In this document: one piece after another, positions 42,067 to 53,534 of the stretch
How positions within the stretch are numbered: position 1 is the stretch's first letter
Layout: each line of letters starts with the position of its first letter
From: Paramecium tetraurelia
Taxonomy: Eukaryota
Assembly: GCA_000165425.1 (NCBI GenBank)
Contig: CT868319.1
Span: 372,001 to 436,000, forward strand
DNA length: 64,000 bases
Direction: 5' to 3'
Made by a program: the position numbers and the translations under genes
The notes under the pieces: model-generated
Databases searched by the model: none
Told to the model about the DNA's origin: nothing
The model's input: only the letters and a program-made list of their open reading frames with translations

Positions 42067-43756
42067 ATGTAGTAGTAGGCTGAGTTTGATCTGAAGGAGA
42101 TAGAAGAAGTCATCAAAAAGAAGTGTAAGGAGAGAGAGGAAGAGATCTCAAAGCAAGTTAATGATGAATTAACTAAGTACAAAACAGAATGTGAAAAATA
42201 CATAGAAACAATACAAAAAGAGCATGAAAGAATATAAAAGGAATATGGATAAGAATAAGAAAAATTTAATAAATCATTAAAGGAGAAGATCAACTAAGTT
42301 AAGGCACTTGTGGATACTGAAAAGAATAACACTAAAAAATTGATAGCCAATGCTCAATAAAAAGTTGTTGAGATCACACAAAGCTCATTTGATAGTTTAG
42401 TTTAAGTTAAGGATTAAGAAATAGAAAACTTAAAAAAAGAACAATAAAAGTTATAAATCTAGATAGAACAATTAGAAAAGGAAAGGTAAGAACAAAATGC
42501 TTAAATTGAACAATAAAATATAGACAAAGGAAAGTTAAGGAAGGAGATTGATCATTTAACAATTGATTTTAAAAAAGCATCTGAACAGAAACATTTAGAG
42601 GCTTAAGAAGAAATAAAGAAAAACGTCAGATTAATCTAAGAAGACTATTAAAAGATGAATTAAAAACAAATATAAGAACATGAAAGGGATATGGAATCAT
42701 TTAAACATTCCTTACAAAAGACTATTGATAAACTTATTTAAGAAAACAATAAATTATAAACATAATTAACGAATGCTGAAATTGAAAAAATATAAATGAA
42801 TTAATCCTAATAGTCTTTAACAGAATGTAAATAATGTGTCCAAGATCTATCAAATTCCAATCTTGATAAAGAGTCTTATGAGTTACTGTAAAATACTATT
42901 AAAGAATATGAATAATCAGTTCAAGATATGGAGACTGAAAGAAAAATGTTTTTGTCTGCTAAATCTGAAATTTCTGAAAAGGAATAAGAAAAAAAATAGA
43001 TGGAAATGAAATTGGAATAAAAATAGCATGGACTGAATAAATTAAAAGAAAGAAATGAAATTTGTGCGAAAAACTTAAAAGCATGCTAAGAACAAATTTT
43101 GAAATTACAGTAATAACTTAAAGAAAAGTCAGAATTAGAGGATAAAGCCAAAGAAGCTTAGTAAAAGTATTAGCAATAGCTTATAAAGTTGAAAGACAAT
43201 TTTGATAAACAATAAAAAGAGTTATAATCATACATGGCTTAATTAAATGAAATTAAAGACAAGTTTGAAGAAGAATAAAAAAAGAATATTTTATTAAAAG
43301 AAGAATTTGAATCGGAGAAAAAGAGATTGTAAGAAGAAAATAAAAGAAATTAAGAGATTCTTTAAAAAAAACATGAAGAAGCAATTTTGTATTAAATTAA
43401 CTCTAATTTAGATAATAAACCTAAAGAATCGAAAAAGAGATATTAGATTAAAGAGGAAAAATAGTTGAAATGGAATTGATAAAGCAAAAGGAAAGGCTCA
43501 AGCCAAATAATAATTAATTAAGCGAAGGTACACTTCATATATAATTTTCATTAGAACAACTTCAAAATAAGTTATCAAAGATTGGTGAGCACTTGCATAA
43601 TTATAGAAGAGCTATGACTTAAGGTTTATAAATCAAAGGTAATAAATTAATTGAAAATAATTAGAATGCTTATTATCTGAAATTGGTTATTTTGAGAAGC
43701 AAGCATAAATGTATCCTATTGAGTCATTGTTGGATACTGGGATAACATCCTATTGA
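42067..43756 (+). CDS. coiled-coil cluster gene D
   Basis: MQQQAEFDLKEIEEVIKKKCKEREEEISKQVNDELTKYKTECEKYIETIQKEHE; continuous rod; three tiny introns near the 3' end give ...LLDTGITSY-TGA. Confidence 0.8.
42636..43345. repeat. inverted duplication, copy 2 (partner ~32241-32935)
   Basis: Same alignment as copy 1; identity looks highest over ~43080-43340. Confidence 0.9.
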
Positions 43757-44259
43757 TAAATATATATCTAAATGAAAAAGTATTTATACGAATTATTTTT
43801 CATCGTTTCTTAATTTATAAAGACTTGTATTTCTATTTGATAATAGGCTAACAAAAAAATTATCTAAACATTTCTCTTATAAAGATTATTAGGTAAACAT
43901 ATAATAAATTAAAATAATCTTAAAGTATTTTAAATTTCAAGGAGAACTATTACTGAGAAAAAATGTCTCTAGTAAATAAATACTAAATTTAAAGTTAATA
44001 TTATTGAGATATAGAATAGAATTAAAAATATAAATAAATGTAAAGCTGAGTTTAAACTGAATAAGAAATCAAAAATCAGAATCTAAATAGCTAGAGAAGA
44101 TAAAGGATTTGTCTAAGTAACTTCAAATGTTAAGGTTTGGATATTATTCAACCTATAATGATTTATTCTATGTTTTATAAAATTCAATATATGACCTATA
44201 ATTAATTAAGTAATAGAATTCTAATCGGCCAAATTTTTTGGTAGCTATTATTATTTTTA

Positions 44260-46648
44260 ATGCAAGATTCTGAACCAAGAGGTAGAGTCTCTATTGGTGG
44301 AAAGACTGATAAGTTTAGGATGGTGAAGTTGTCTCTGTCGTATAAGGAGAAAATTGATTCAACATTGTATATTAGATTCATCAACAAAACATTAAATGAA
44401 GAGGTTTATAAGGTTTAAGAAATGAAGTAAGAGTAGTAGTTATATACAATTGAACTAATTCTGAAAGAAAACTGCATCTATAAATACTATTACGACGCTC
44501 TTGATAATACAACTAAATTAAAACATACGGAGCTAGGGCGCAGATATTTTTAATTTGCTGAGACTGAAAAGATTTAAATTGATGAATGGAATAAAGTTTG
44601 GTGTCTCTACAGAATTCGTCCAAAGACTGATGAAATATTTAAGGCTTATTAGATTTAGGTAAAAAATTTACAAGATGGGAAATATTTTGAACTAAGAAAA
44701 TCAGCAATTGTATTTCCAGCAAAGGATTTTTATGAAAACACAGGTGATAGTATGTCTTAAGAGATTATACAATTTTCATTAAGATCAAAAATAGATGAGA
44801 AAGAGGATTTGAGCTCTTAAATTCAAATTTAGAATATAAATAAATTTAAGATGAATTGTTTTTTTATTGAAATTGATCTGCAGTTATTTCCAAAATAAAA
44901 GTAGGATTAAATTAAAAAGTTTTTTATAGGTATTTGAGACAAATTAAGAATGGAATTTTAGTTAAAAAATTTAGATATTAGAAGAATAAATTAAAGAAAG
45001 AGATAAAGGGATATAAGAATTAGAACAAGAAAATGGCGAATTGAAGTTTAAGTAAAAGGACAAAGATTAGCGTTTATCTGAATTACAAATTGAAATTATA
45101 AAAAAAGATGAACTTCATAGAAAAGAAATAAACAACCTCATTTATAAATATGAGTAAGAAAAAGCTTCTCTTTCTATCCTTCATTGTTAAGAAACCAATA
45201 ATTTAACGGTGGAATTTGATAAAAAATTTAAACGTCTTTCAGATCAAGTTACTGAATGGAATAATTAGTACAATTCAATTTAACAAGATTTCAATTAATT
45301 TTAATTAAATGCTACCAAAAGGATAGCCGAATATATTGAGAAACTTTAAGAATCATAAACAACCGTTCAAATCTAGGAACTTTAATTGATTTAATTTAAA
45401 AACAATAATTAAAATGTTGTTGAAGATGATAGCCAAATTAATGATAAAATATTTATAACATTACTTGATGGTGATTAAAAAGCATCCAAAGAAGAGATTA
45501 CTTAAATGAATAGTTTACAAGAAACCCTCAAATAGTATAAGGACAATCTTCATGAATTGTAAATTAAGAATCAAGAGATCGAATCAGAACTTTCAAAGAA
45601 AGATAGATTACAATCAGCATTTAAGGTAAAGATCAATGAGTAGATTAAAAAATACAACACTTGTATGTTAAGTTTGGAAAATACATAAAATCAACTTCAA
45701 GATTATATTCAGAAAAATGAAGTTTTACAACAAAATAATTTACATGAGGTTGAACGTTATAAAAAGCTCTAAAATGTATTAGAAATAATTAAAGGGAAAT
45801 ATAAGGATCTTTAGAAATATAAAGAATAATATTAAGAGCTATTGGATAGGTATGAAAAACAAACACAATAATTTGTATAATTAGAGAATTAAAAGAGAAT
45901 CGATGATATGGAATTCGAAAAGCAAATAACAGAAAAATCCAATTAAATTCAGTCAATGGCTTGCGAATATCAAAAATAAATCACATAAACTTAGTAAGAA
46001 AATTAATAATTATTGGAAAATTAACATGCAGAATAACTTATAAGATTGAAGTAGAAACATGATCTTTTTATGCAATTTTCGGAAGGGATTTTAGAGAATG
46101 TGCTTACAGAAATTTTAAAACCTTATTAAGTTCATCAAGCAACATTCTCAAGAAAGTTATCATCTAATTTAGATAGTGAAATACGTAATATTAAGTGTTT
46201 AATGCTTATAAATTTTGAAACAGCTATAAACATTGCTGCGGATGGAATTAATATCATCACAAACAATTCATTCAATAATTTGAAGGAAGATTTAATTAAT
46301 ATCCATAGCCAAATCATTTAGTAGATTTAGATATATAAAGAAAATATAGACTTTTCAACTATGAAATGTTTGTTATCGCTTATGAATGAGTTTTAACAAA
46401 AAATAATAGAAATTAAAAATTTCGCATATTCAGTAGAAAACATGTTATAATAGGACTAAGATTAGATTGATCTAATTAATAATAATTGTTAAACTCTGGA
46501 AAAAATATTAGATATTGTGATCAAATTAAATAGTGTTTTAGAAAGAAAAAACGATGAATTAACTATACTATTAGAAAATTAAGAAATCGTTATTTAAGCA
46601 TTTGAACATTTCCGATAAAAATCATTAAGTCTTATTGATAGCATGTGA
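44260..46648 (+). CDS. coiled-coil cluster gene E: CBM20-like beta-rich head plus long coiled coil
   Basis: MQDSEPRGRVSIGGKTDKFRMVKLSLSY...LYTIELILKENCIYKYYY...ELGRRYF...IDEWNKVWCLY, then heptad-rich rod to TGA 46648. Confidence 0.75.
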
Positions 46649-46998
46649 TTAAAATCGATTTAGAATCAAAATGATAATTTATATAATACATATCTATTCC
46701 ATTTTTATAATTCAAATTATTTTTAAATATGCGATTTAGATGAATAGTTCATGGAAATTTGTTTTAATTATAGGATAATTTCAATAAAATACAATTTCAG
46801 CTAAATCTTAGATTATAAATTAATGGATCATTGGCAGATTTTTTTCAATTCTTGAGAATTTACAATAAGCCTATTGTAAAATAATAATTTGAATAAAATT
46901 TTAGCTAAAATATTAAATAATAATGTAGAGATGACTTAATTAATGATATATCCAAATTATAAAAATAACTTTTATTAAATATTTCAACAATTATTATT

Positions 46999-49493
46999 TC
47001 ATATTAGCAAGTTTTGATATTTTAAGAAAACTATTATTAATATTAATATAATTAAAGCTGATAGTACATTCATTTTATCGAACCATTTATTTTATTCTTT
47101 ATTAACTTAATATTTCTTATTTTCTTATGATTATTTTATTAGAATCGTAACATCTTCCTAAAGCTAATTATTAAGTTATTCTAAATCAGTGATATTTTAA
47201 ATATCTTTTGATTCTTAGTTTCTAATGCAGTTTTTTGAATTAATCTAATCTAATATTACGCTTAATTTGCAAATTTACTTCAAAAAGTTCTCATTAAGTA
47301 GATTTTCAATAGCATCTGAATTAGAATAGGTTGTCTACAGTTCTGATATAATTTCAACGCATAAATCGTTATGATTTTGTATTTTATGTTCTTATACTTA
47401 TAGTAATTGCGTAGATATTTCTTAAATTATTTATTAAGATTATCGATAAGCATCTAATACAGGTTTTTATTTGGGAGATTTCTTATAAGGTAAAAAACTG
47501 ATAAATCTTTTATAAAATTCATTTTTAGTAGGAATTTCATTTAGAATTCTTTCATATTTTTGATTTGCTTTAAAATCCATCTTTTATCTTTATTGTTAAT
47601 TTGCTTTTTTTTACAATTCTTTTTAATTTTCTTCTTATTAATCTAGTTTTTATTAGATTTATGCATGCATCTCATTCATTGTTTTATCATAATCTTATTT
47701 CAATTGTAAGATATCGGATTCAAATTTTACTTACTAATCTTTATTTTTTTGTTACTCTTCTTCAAATTTTTTTTCCAAATCTTCCAATGCCTTCCGATAC
47801 TTGTTTAATTCATCTTCTTACTTTTTCAATTTACTTTAGACAAATTTTAGTTATTCTTAATATCGATTTTATTTATCCTCTCTAATATTTATTTCTATTT
47901 GCTTTTCTTCGCCCATTATTTGAGACTCCTATTGGCATTTTTCTAGTAATTCTTAACATTTTTTCAATTCGTCTATGGAACTAATGCATTTTTATTTTAT
48001 TTGAAGATTTTTTTTTCCTAATCTTTCCTTAATACATTCATTTTCTTCTTTCATTTCGACAACTTTAGATTCATAAATTTTCAATCGTTTCTGAAGTTCT
48101 TGAAGATTGTTTTATTCTTCTTCGGAAAATTGATTGAAATCTTCTGCTTGAATTGTAATTTCTTCAGAAGAAAAGTTAACGTTTTTATATTCTAATTCCA
48201 TCAACTTTTGATTAGCTTCTTCATATTATGTGATATATTATTAAATAATCTTCTCTGAATATTGTTTGAAATTATCAAACTCAATTTTATTCTAGTTTTT
48301 CAACTGTTCAAGTATTTCCTTATTTTCAGACATAAATTTATTCATTTCTTCTTTATGCTTTAATTATATATCAATATTTTCTTATTCTAATCTAATTCTG
48401 TCCATTTCATTTTTAGACTCTAATTACTTTAGTCTACTTTCATAATAATTTTATTTATCTTGCAAATACTATTTTTTTTATTTATTTTAATTTTTAAAAA
48501 TTTCCAATTCTTGTTTCTTTTCTTCCAATTCTTATTTCTTTTTATCCAATTCTTTTTCCTTTTCTTCCAATTCTAGTTTCAAATTTTTCAATTCATATTT
48601 CTAATTTTTCGATTTTTGTTCCAAAGTTTCCATATCTTATTTCTTAAATTTCAATTCTTCTTCATATCTCTTAACCTCATCAAAAAGTCTTGAATAATTT
48701 TCTAATCTTCTTTTTACGTTGCTGTCTATCTTATATTCAACAGAGATTAGATTTGAACTATGATTCTTTTGATCGTTAACATAAACTGAGCTTAAGTATT
48801 CATCGATCCTCTTGCTCAAGGATTCATCTATTTTCTGCTTTTCTGCCTCTTAATTAAAATTGATCGATTTTCTCACTTTTGGTTAATTATTCAATTCTAA
48901 TTGAATTTAGATAAAACTCATTTATCTACTCTTCTAACCTTTGTCCCATTCTATGATTTCTTTACAACTCATCTTATTATTAGCATCTTTCTCTAGTTTA
49001 ATCATATTGTTCTCATTATTTTCTTTTGTATAAATATAAACCATATAACCTGAAAAGTTGATTAACTTTTCATCAATTAAACTATATTTGCACCATTATT
49101 TATTCCACTAATCTACTTCAAAAGGATCATCAGGGCTGTATTAATAACCTCTAAAATATTTTTCACTGATAGTATCCTAATCATTCTTTTGACAATATTG
49201 ATATCTATATTTGCTTTTCTACAAGACTTTTATTTTCGTTTAGTAAATCATGGATTCTTTATCTTTTTCATCTAACTCCATTTCGTACTCCCTATCAAGA
49301 GGAGGCTGATCACCATCTGATGGTCCATGCAAAAGTTTAAGAAATACTTGAACTAGAAATACAAATTTTATTTACAATTATTTTGAGCTTCTGGATTACT
49401 TTTTAGAATTTACTCTTGGCTCAGCTTGAGTTTAAAAGTAATATTTGCAAAGGATCCAGTATTTGATCTTGATTTTGATCTTTCTTCCATCAT
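46999..49493 (-). CDS. coiled-coil cluster gene F: CBM20-like head, coiled coil and C-terminal TM anchor
   Basis: MMEERSKSRSNTGSFANITFKT...IYQTKIKV...IYQY...SEKYFRGY...VDQWNKQWCKY; rod shared with gene B; ends MNVLSALIILILIIVFLKYQNLLI-TGA. Confidence 0.75.
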
Positions 49494-49553
49494 TATTTAA
49501 TATGGATGTATCTAAATATTAAATGTCAATTATAAAATTAATTAACATTTAAT

Positions 49554-50572
49554 ATGGGAAATTCATAAAATGGGAAGGAAGATATGGATTATGATTAAGT
49601 GCTAAAACACTTCAATTTTAATTAGGATATTAATCATTACCAAATAGGAAATGTTAAGATTTTTGAAGCCATTGAAAATAAGAATCAGAAAGTGTTTCAA
49701 TTTAAGCGATTATGCTAATCAGACTAGTAATTGCAACAATTGAAACATCATTTCTAATAACGAAAACTATTAATAAATGACCACCTGGTCAGAGTGTTTT
49801 ACGTAATGGCGAAAGAATCAGTTATGTGTTCAGATGCGAGTCATGTTGTAGTATTGGGAGAATACTTCTCAAATAGCTTATTTTCAGAACACGAATACAA
49901 GTACGATTGATGTGATGTTGATAGTTTGAATCAGAAGTTAATTTTCAATGAATCTCGACTGTGGTTCATAATTTATTAAATAATCTAATGTTGCGCATAT
50001 TTAGAGGGATAAGGCAAATACCATGGAGATTTGAGTATTCAACATGTTTATTTAGATCTTGATGGGTCTGTTAAACTGATTGTATTACATTAATAATAAA
50101 AACAAGGAACATGATTTTATACCAGGAGGAATGAACCCATTTTAGAAGGCATTATACAATAATGAGTTTCATGCTTTTTCGCCTGAATTGTTGGGTTTAT
50201 TGCAATAAGGAGATAAGGAGCACCAGTATGGGAAGATAGACAATGCAACCCTAAATAAGACAGATGTGTTTTGCTTAGGATTGATGATTCTGGAATTAGC
50301 TTCGCAATTTCGTATATTTATTTATATGATAATTAGCAACCTAGCAATATTATGATTGGGAAGCAAAGTCTATGAATTATTAACAAATAATGAATGCCAT
50401 TTAGTTTTTGCCCAATAGAGGGTATTCTACAGTATTGCAGAATCTGTTGTTGCAGATGTGTTAGGAGGATTTAGGAGCGAGGCCTGGATTTCAAGAGATG
50501 AGGACTGGGCTGGCATCTTTGGAGAATGACATATTATCGCATACAGCATTTTATAGAAGTCACATTAAATGA
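49554..50572 (+). CDS. N-myristoylation-type protein kinase-like protein (probable pseudokinase)
   Basis: MGNSQ start; YHGDLSIQHV catalytic loop, VKLIEHD in place of DFG, FSPE, KTDVFCLGL; no Gly-rich loop. Confidence 0.75.
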
Positions 50573-50588
50573 TAATTATAATTATATT

Positions 50589-51000
50589 ATGAATTAAGTT
50601 GAACCTTTTGGCATTAGAGTAATACCTATTAAGTGGGTGTTAAAATTTGAGCCACCCATTATAGGGTTGGTTTACAAGCAGCATCAGAAGGAGAAGAAAA
50701 AGCATCTCTACTAGATTTCATTGAATAATCTGATATTTTTGACAAATCCAGAAGACATTGTGAATCAAATAATTTATGAACATCCTGTTTATTTGAATAG
50801 GAAATTCATAAAGCATGAGCAAGTAATAGGATGTGTTTTTATGAATCTAGCTCATCGGATTAGTGCGTAAATTGCTGGATTATAAAAGTCAGAAGTTATA
50901 GGAAATGGTAGAGTTTATGGAAGATCATTTGGTTGAGTATGACGATGCAGATTCAGATTAGGAAGAAAAATACACAACTAATAAGAACTACTCTTTTTGA
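50589..51000 (+). CDS. CEP19-like protein (N-terminal domain only)
   Basis: VIPIKWVLKFEPPIIGLVYK...EDIVNQIIYEHPVYL...HEQLIGLVRKL resembles the CEP19 N-terminal region (from recall); one intron; TGA 51000. Confidence 0.65.
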
Positions 51001-51076
51001 TTTTTAATTTTATATAATTAGCTGATACGTAAAATCTAAATATGTATTTAACTAATACAAAATATATATTCTTAAA

Positions 51077-51319
51077 TCAAAAGACAGAGCAACATTGTTG
51101 TTTTTCTGTGATTTTCACTTGATTGTATCGAAGATCTCTTTGTTACTGAATAATCAAATATCTCCATTTGTTTCTGGTTAGATTCTGCAAATCTCTCTCA
51201 CTGCTGATGCTGCTGCGAGTCCTCAGCTTAGTCTAATTCCTGGATTCTTGGATTTCAGTTGAAAAGCTGACGTTTGGCTTTCTCGGACTTGCTGAATTTC
51301 TGAAACAAGATTTATTCAT
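51077..51319 (-). CDS. 80-aa basic microprotein with C-terminal CCSVF (CaaX-type) motif
   Basis: Intronless 243-nt frame MNKSCFRNSASPRKPNVSFS...EKQQCCSVF-TGA. Confidence 0.7.
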
Positions 51320-51363
51320 TAAATTTGAAAATACTGGAATATAATATTTATATGAATGTAAAC

Positions 51364-52087
51364 TCATTTGACTGGGACATCTTTATAATCAATAAATTCT
51401 CGTTCGATTTTGTCTTTGGTTACATTAAGGTAGTCTAATGATTCCACCTGATGAGCCATCTCTAAACATGGCATGAGCTACTGCGTGTAAGACGAAGGTT
51501 CTCGCTTCTTGAAATGACATGTTTTCCTTAACACATAATTTGATTCAACATACTTTGGTAATTGGAATCACAGAATCCCCAAATAAATGTACTTCCAGAT
51601 CCACCGATACTCCATTTCTGCTCAATGACTGATCCTCCCAAAGGCAATGTGAATATCTATGGACCTTTGTATGGATCCCATCCAGCAACGATGATGGAAG
51701 CTGACATTGAGCTTGGCATATTCATAAATTATATACTCCTTGTATTCGTATAAGAAGTTTCTGAAGAGATTTGCAGCAGTGGCCACAGCTGGCAATCTAC
51801 CTAATTCTTATGCATGTGCATCTACATAGTATCGAACGTGTTTAGTAATTATTTATGTGTCTGCAGCTGCGCCACTTCTCAGACAAAATATTCTATCATG
51901 AATATAATCGATTTTATCAGCACATCTATCTGCAACAAATTGGCTTTGAATTATTTATAGATCATTACCCAGAAGATGTACGACTATCAGCTCCAATGAT
52001 TAATCCACCATCATAAATGACAGCCATGATAGTTGTGCCTGTAGTTTCTGGTTCGAATTTGGATGATAAAATGTCTGTGTAATTCAT
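51364..52087 (-). CDS. PSMB6: 20S proteasome subunit beta-1 (PSMB6/Pre3 type)
   Basis: Propeptide ...ETTG followed by [52 protein letters not shown]. Confidence 0.93.
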
Positions 52088-52173
52088 TATTTTAAATATT
52101 TTTAAGATTAGTATTAAATGGAACTTTATAATATATGTAGTACAAATATATATTAAAATAATAATGAATAAAT

Positions 52174-53487
52174 TCATAAAGATAGGCTAACCATTTAAAT
52201 AGAAACCGGTTAGAATTTATATTAAGAAAGAGGACTTAAGTAGTTGCTCAGACATACTCTATAAATTAATTCGAATAGTACTTTTAGGAAGGTTAATCGT
52301 ATTCGCCTGTGAAAAAAGGATGGGCCAAACAATCCTCAGCACTATATCTTAGGTTGGGATCCTAATTCAACATTTGCAATAACAGATCCTTGGCGTTCTT
52401 ATCTTTTATGTGAGAACTTATCTTCATTCGGCCAGCCATGTTTTCATTAAGATTATTATAAATTCCTTTCCCGGTCAACAATTTGTGGAAAATGACTCCA
52501 ATGCTGAAGATATCACTTTTAGATGTTATTGCCTGATTCAAAAAAACCTCAGGTGCTATATAACCGCCAGTTCCAGAACGGATATTTGTGGCCTCCCCTA
52601 TTTGAGATAATCCGAAATCGATGATCTTCACTGTTCCATCCTGAGTTATCAAGACATTATCGTATTTTAAATCCTTGTGGATTATTTTGTGAGAGTGTAA
52701 ATGATTGACACCTAAATTTATATTACGTATTTAATTACCTTCCAATAATTATTAAAGGATAGGTCTTAATATATTTATAGGTAATCTTTTTTTACTGTAC
52801 TCATTTTATAAATCCCCTAATGATTGTTCGTGGAAGTCCATCAGTAAATACACTTAAAGCTCGTCCTTATAGAACTCATCCGAATGAAGTAGATTGACAT
52901 GAGGTTTTTGATTTAGCATTTGATTAACTAATAACTCCACATTAGACTAAGAATAAGAATTCGCTTTTACATCATTGTCTTATAGAACTTTGATCACTTT
53001 TTAATTTTCGCCCCGTAACACTTGAAAAATCTAATGAGTTTATTTAATAATATTTACTTCACAATGCTCTGTCTTCTTTATCCACTTTTTAAACGAAACC
53101 TCTTTCTCCCAATTAAAAAATCCAATTCTACCCCTTAATACACTCCTTAGTTCAGTGAGATTATGAGACTCACCCTAAAATTAATACAGTCTCTATCCGT
53201 ATTGACATAATGTGAAACCCTTTAAATAATTGCTCTGGCACCTAAACTGTGCTCAAAGATTCATACATGTCATAATCCCACTCAATGCAATAGTTGGTCT
53301 CAATAAAATCCAACATTTTTTCCTATCGGCCTTCGAATCCCACGAAACCTTCGATTATCAATTTCTCTTAGTATACTTTCACAATAACCTCTGATTAAGT
53401 TCTTGAGATCTAGAAGAATGGAGATTGAAATATTGGCAAAAACATATTCAAGAAAGATTTAATTACACAATTAATTCCTCTATACAT
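52174..53487 (-). CDS. Ser/Thr kinase with N-terminal PH-like region; atypical (HKD, no Gly loop)
   Basis: IIHKDLKYDNVL, IIDFGLS, SGTGGYIAPE, SDIFSIG; several tiny introns. Confidence 0.8.
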
Positions 53488-53534
53488 TACGAATTTAAAC
53501 ACAAAAAATCTTAATACTTCTTATCAATATATTA

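Noticed and set aside
32241..43345. Inverted repeats as terminal repeats of a transposon
   Set aside because: Both copies are internal protein-coding blocks, and I saw no transposase motif or target-site duplication.
32874..47885. Hydrophobic Phe/Leu/Ile-rich ORFs (e.g. 33864, 42009, 47601) resembling membrane proteins
   Set aside because: They are antisense shadows of Glu/Lys/Gln-rich coiled-coil genes on the opposite strand.
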